Source: Methylophaga frappieri (GTDB lineage: Bacteria > Pseudomonadota > Gammaproteobacteria > Nitrosococcales > Methylophagaceae). Taken from it: DNA of 32,000 nt. This document shows, in pieces, positions 30,519 through 32,000 of the stretch (positions are counted from its first letter, which is position 1; each line of letters begins with the position of its first letter). The notes beneath the pieces were generated by a model. The model was given only the letters and a program-made list of their open reading frames with translations. It did no database searches and was not told the origin of the DNA. The translations under genes and the position numbers were made by a program. The stretch spans positions 270,001 to 302,000 of the forward strand of contig NC_017856.1 in the NCBI RefSeq assembly GCF_000260965.1, read 5' to 3'.

Positions 30519-31381
30519 GCCAATTTCTCCCGACGACGGCAGTCCTTAGCTAATTGGTGCAATGCATTAAAATTCTGTTGTTCGGCTTGCTTATCACTAA
30601 AAAAATGCGCCGAGGAATCAGTAAAAAACTGGCTTATTTCTGCATGAAGAGGGCGTAACCAAGGACATTTCTGCCATAGCGTCTCCAGATTACTTACCAC
30701 AAGGACACGATCTGCACTTTGATTAAAAGCAGCATGCAGTATTCGACTGGCCTCTTCCGTATCTGACTGACCAAACCACCGTAGTTTATTCAACGCAAAA
30801 ACAGCATGCGCAAAAGGTAAGCGGCGTCTTGGCCTTAAGCCTATGTGCCAAGCGACATAAATCAACAAACTCGCTAATAGGACCCCAGCAGCCAACCAGC
30901 TATTACGAACCCAAGACTGCTCGTTAATCATGGTGGTCGCTATATCCGGTTGTGAAACAAAAACGCCATCACTGTTAAGCGCATTTTCTGGTAAAAAGGA
31001 ACCGATTTGGACAGTAGCGCCGGTTACCGCTATCAACTCACCGCTCAAGGTTCTCAACTCGAAACTTGGCGTCAGCACCTCACGGTGATTAGCTGGAACG
31101 TTCACGACCTGAAGTGCCATGATCAATTGACTTTCTTTCAAGTCACTTTCTTTCAAGTAAAACCAGTCACCATGCCGCTTTTGTCGTTGCGGTAAACTCC
31201 TTTCGTCAACCGTAACATTTTCTGGAAGCGCAATCTTTAACGTCAAATTATCGCCGATCAAGAGACCAATTTGACGTTCGGCCGTCGTTGTTGCTGTTAA
31301 TTCGTATTGAATCTGACCAGCGTCATTTGCTGACAACGTTGTTGTGAGTATGAAACCAATAAAGACTATGGCAAAACGCAT
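30515..31381 (-). CDS. Bitopic membrane protein of the MoxR/vWA module (MxaA-like; C-terminal half DUF4381-like)
   Basis: 288-aa ORF with signal peptide MRFAIVFIGFILTTTLSA. An extracytoplasmic region of about 140 aa is followed by TM WLAAGVLLASLLIYVAWHIGL. Then comes a basic RPRRR stretch and a helical tail of about 100 aa. The assignment rests on position and architecture only. Confidence 0.5.
   Translation of the reverse strand: MRFAIVFIGFILTTTLSANDAGQIQYELTATTTAERQIGLLIGDNLTLKIALPENVTVDERSLPQRQKRHGDWFYLKESDLKESQLIMALQVVNVPANHREVLTPSFELRTLSGELIAVTGATVQIGSFLPENALNSDGVFVSQPDIATTMINEQSWVRNSWLAAGVLLASLLIYVAWHIGLRPRRRLPFAHAVFALNKLRWFGQSDTEEASRILHAAFNQSADRVLVVSNLETLWQKCPWLRPLHAEISQFFTDSSAHFFSDKQAEQQNFNALHQLAKDCRRREKLA
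31130..31159. repeat. 15-bp in-frame tandem duplication (2 copies, 14/15 identical)
   Basis: Plus-strand ACTTTCTTTCAAGTC followed by ACTTTCTTTCAAGTA. It encodes LKESD-LKESQ in the MxaA-like protein. Confidence 0.85.
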
Positions 31382-31393
31382 TTTTTTGGATTC

Positions 31394-32000
31394 CTAAGAC
31401 TTTTTCATAGCAAAAAAATATGCCGTAAGCTGTTGTGGCGACACGGTATCTCGAACATAAAGTGGTTTGAATTGATACCGCCTAAAGCAGGCATCCAACT
31501 TGGCAAAATGTGACATGCGTTGATTTAGCCAACGCTTGCGCAAACTTGGTCTCATCCACACACTATGTCGCTGACCCGTTTCCGCATCCCGTGTTTCTGT
31601 CCACCCGGCATGAGAAGGAAACAGATCTACGTCATCGTGCTGCCATACAATTGGGATAACCGTAAAATGTGCCAATTTACGTAAAGTCCGTTCTACCAAC
31701 GACACATCACAGCAAAAATCCGATACTAAAAATACCAGGGCGCGCTTGCTATTAATGACCCCAGCAGCATTCAACATGCCCTCTGCACCAGGCTTCAACG
31801 CTTGATTCGACCTAAGAATTTTGTCTGCTGCAAATGCTGGCATACTGCGTTGTCTGGTGGGCATAATTGAGACATCCTGTCTCCACACATGGTCAAACCC
31901 GGTCATAGCGAACTGATCGCCCAAACCAATAGCACTGTAAGCAATCATTTGCGCCAACTCTGCCAGACGTTTTTTATTTGCTGTGGCTAAAACCATTGAT
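31394..32000 (-). CDS. DUF58-family protein (MxaS-like), 5' end beyond the window
   Basis: The reading frame stays open to the window edge. The 200 aa visible include the DUF58-typical LVFLVSDF segment and the preceding AYSAIGLGDQFAM region. The expected upstream DxSxS part is missing, so the gene is partial. Confidence 0.75.
   Translation of the reverse strand, partial: SMVLATANKKRLAELAQMIAYSAIGLGDQFAMTGFDHVWRQDVSIMPTRQRSMPAFAADKILRSNQALKPGAEGMLNAAGVINSKRALVFLVSDFCCDVSLVERTLRKLAHFTVIPIVWQHDDVDLFPSHAGWTETRDAETGQRHSVWMRPSLRKRWLNQRMSHFAKLDACFRRYQFKPLYVRDTVSPQQLTAYFFAMKKS

Overview
This window reads as a compact gammaproteobacterial core-chromosome segment. GC looks moderate by eye but was not computed. 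I call 30 protein-coding genes, 28 on the minus strand, with short gaps or overlapping stop/start codons. I found no rRNA, tRNA, CRISPR array, transposase, integrase or phage genes.

Gene content on the plus-strand axis:
- 7-5714: a complete Rrf2-regulated suf Fe-S cluster operon (regulator-sufB-sufC-sufD-sufS-sufU).
- 5913-8107: a secreted Mip/FkpA-like FKBP isomerase, ampD and nadC.
- 8142-10448: a TonB-dependent receptor.
- 10603-27892: cysG, a DUF1223 CxxC protein, truD, ispF, ispD, ftsB, eno, kdsA, pyrG, tilS, accA, a stand-alone PilU-like ATPase, dnaE, nagZ and a YkuD-type L,D-transpeptidase.
- 28035-32000: a translationally coupled five-gene membrane module (DUF58, cut by the window edge; MxaA-like; vWA; TPR; vWA).

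From memory, the order dnaE-accA-tilS-pyrG-kdsA-eno-ftsB-ispD matches Pseudomonas-type synteny, and ftsB-ispD-ispF-truD matches E. coli.

I do not see a clearly novel system. The least understood content is the MoxR-associated vWA module. Its order and rough sizes resemble mxaS-A-C-K-L of methylotrophs more than a generic Bat operon.

Smaller observations that can be checked directly in the sequence:
- a 9-bp inverted repeat that brackets a perfect TATAAT upstream of the suf regulator;
- a strong intrinsic terminator only 19 nt upstream of the FKBP start codon, suggesting an sRNA or attenuator;
- a perfect 12-bp palindrome with extra half-sites upstream of the ldt-nagZ unit;
- pilU without pilT, wedged into the conserved dnaE-accA junction.

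All functional calls rest on motif and family recognition by eye. No searches were run.
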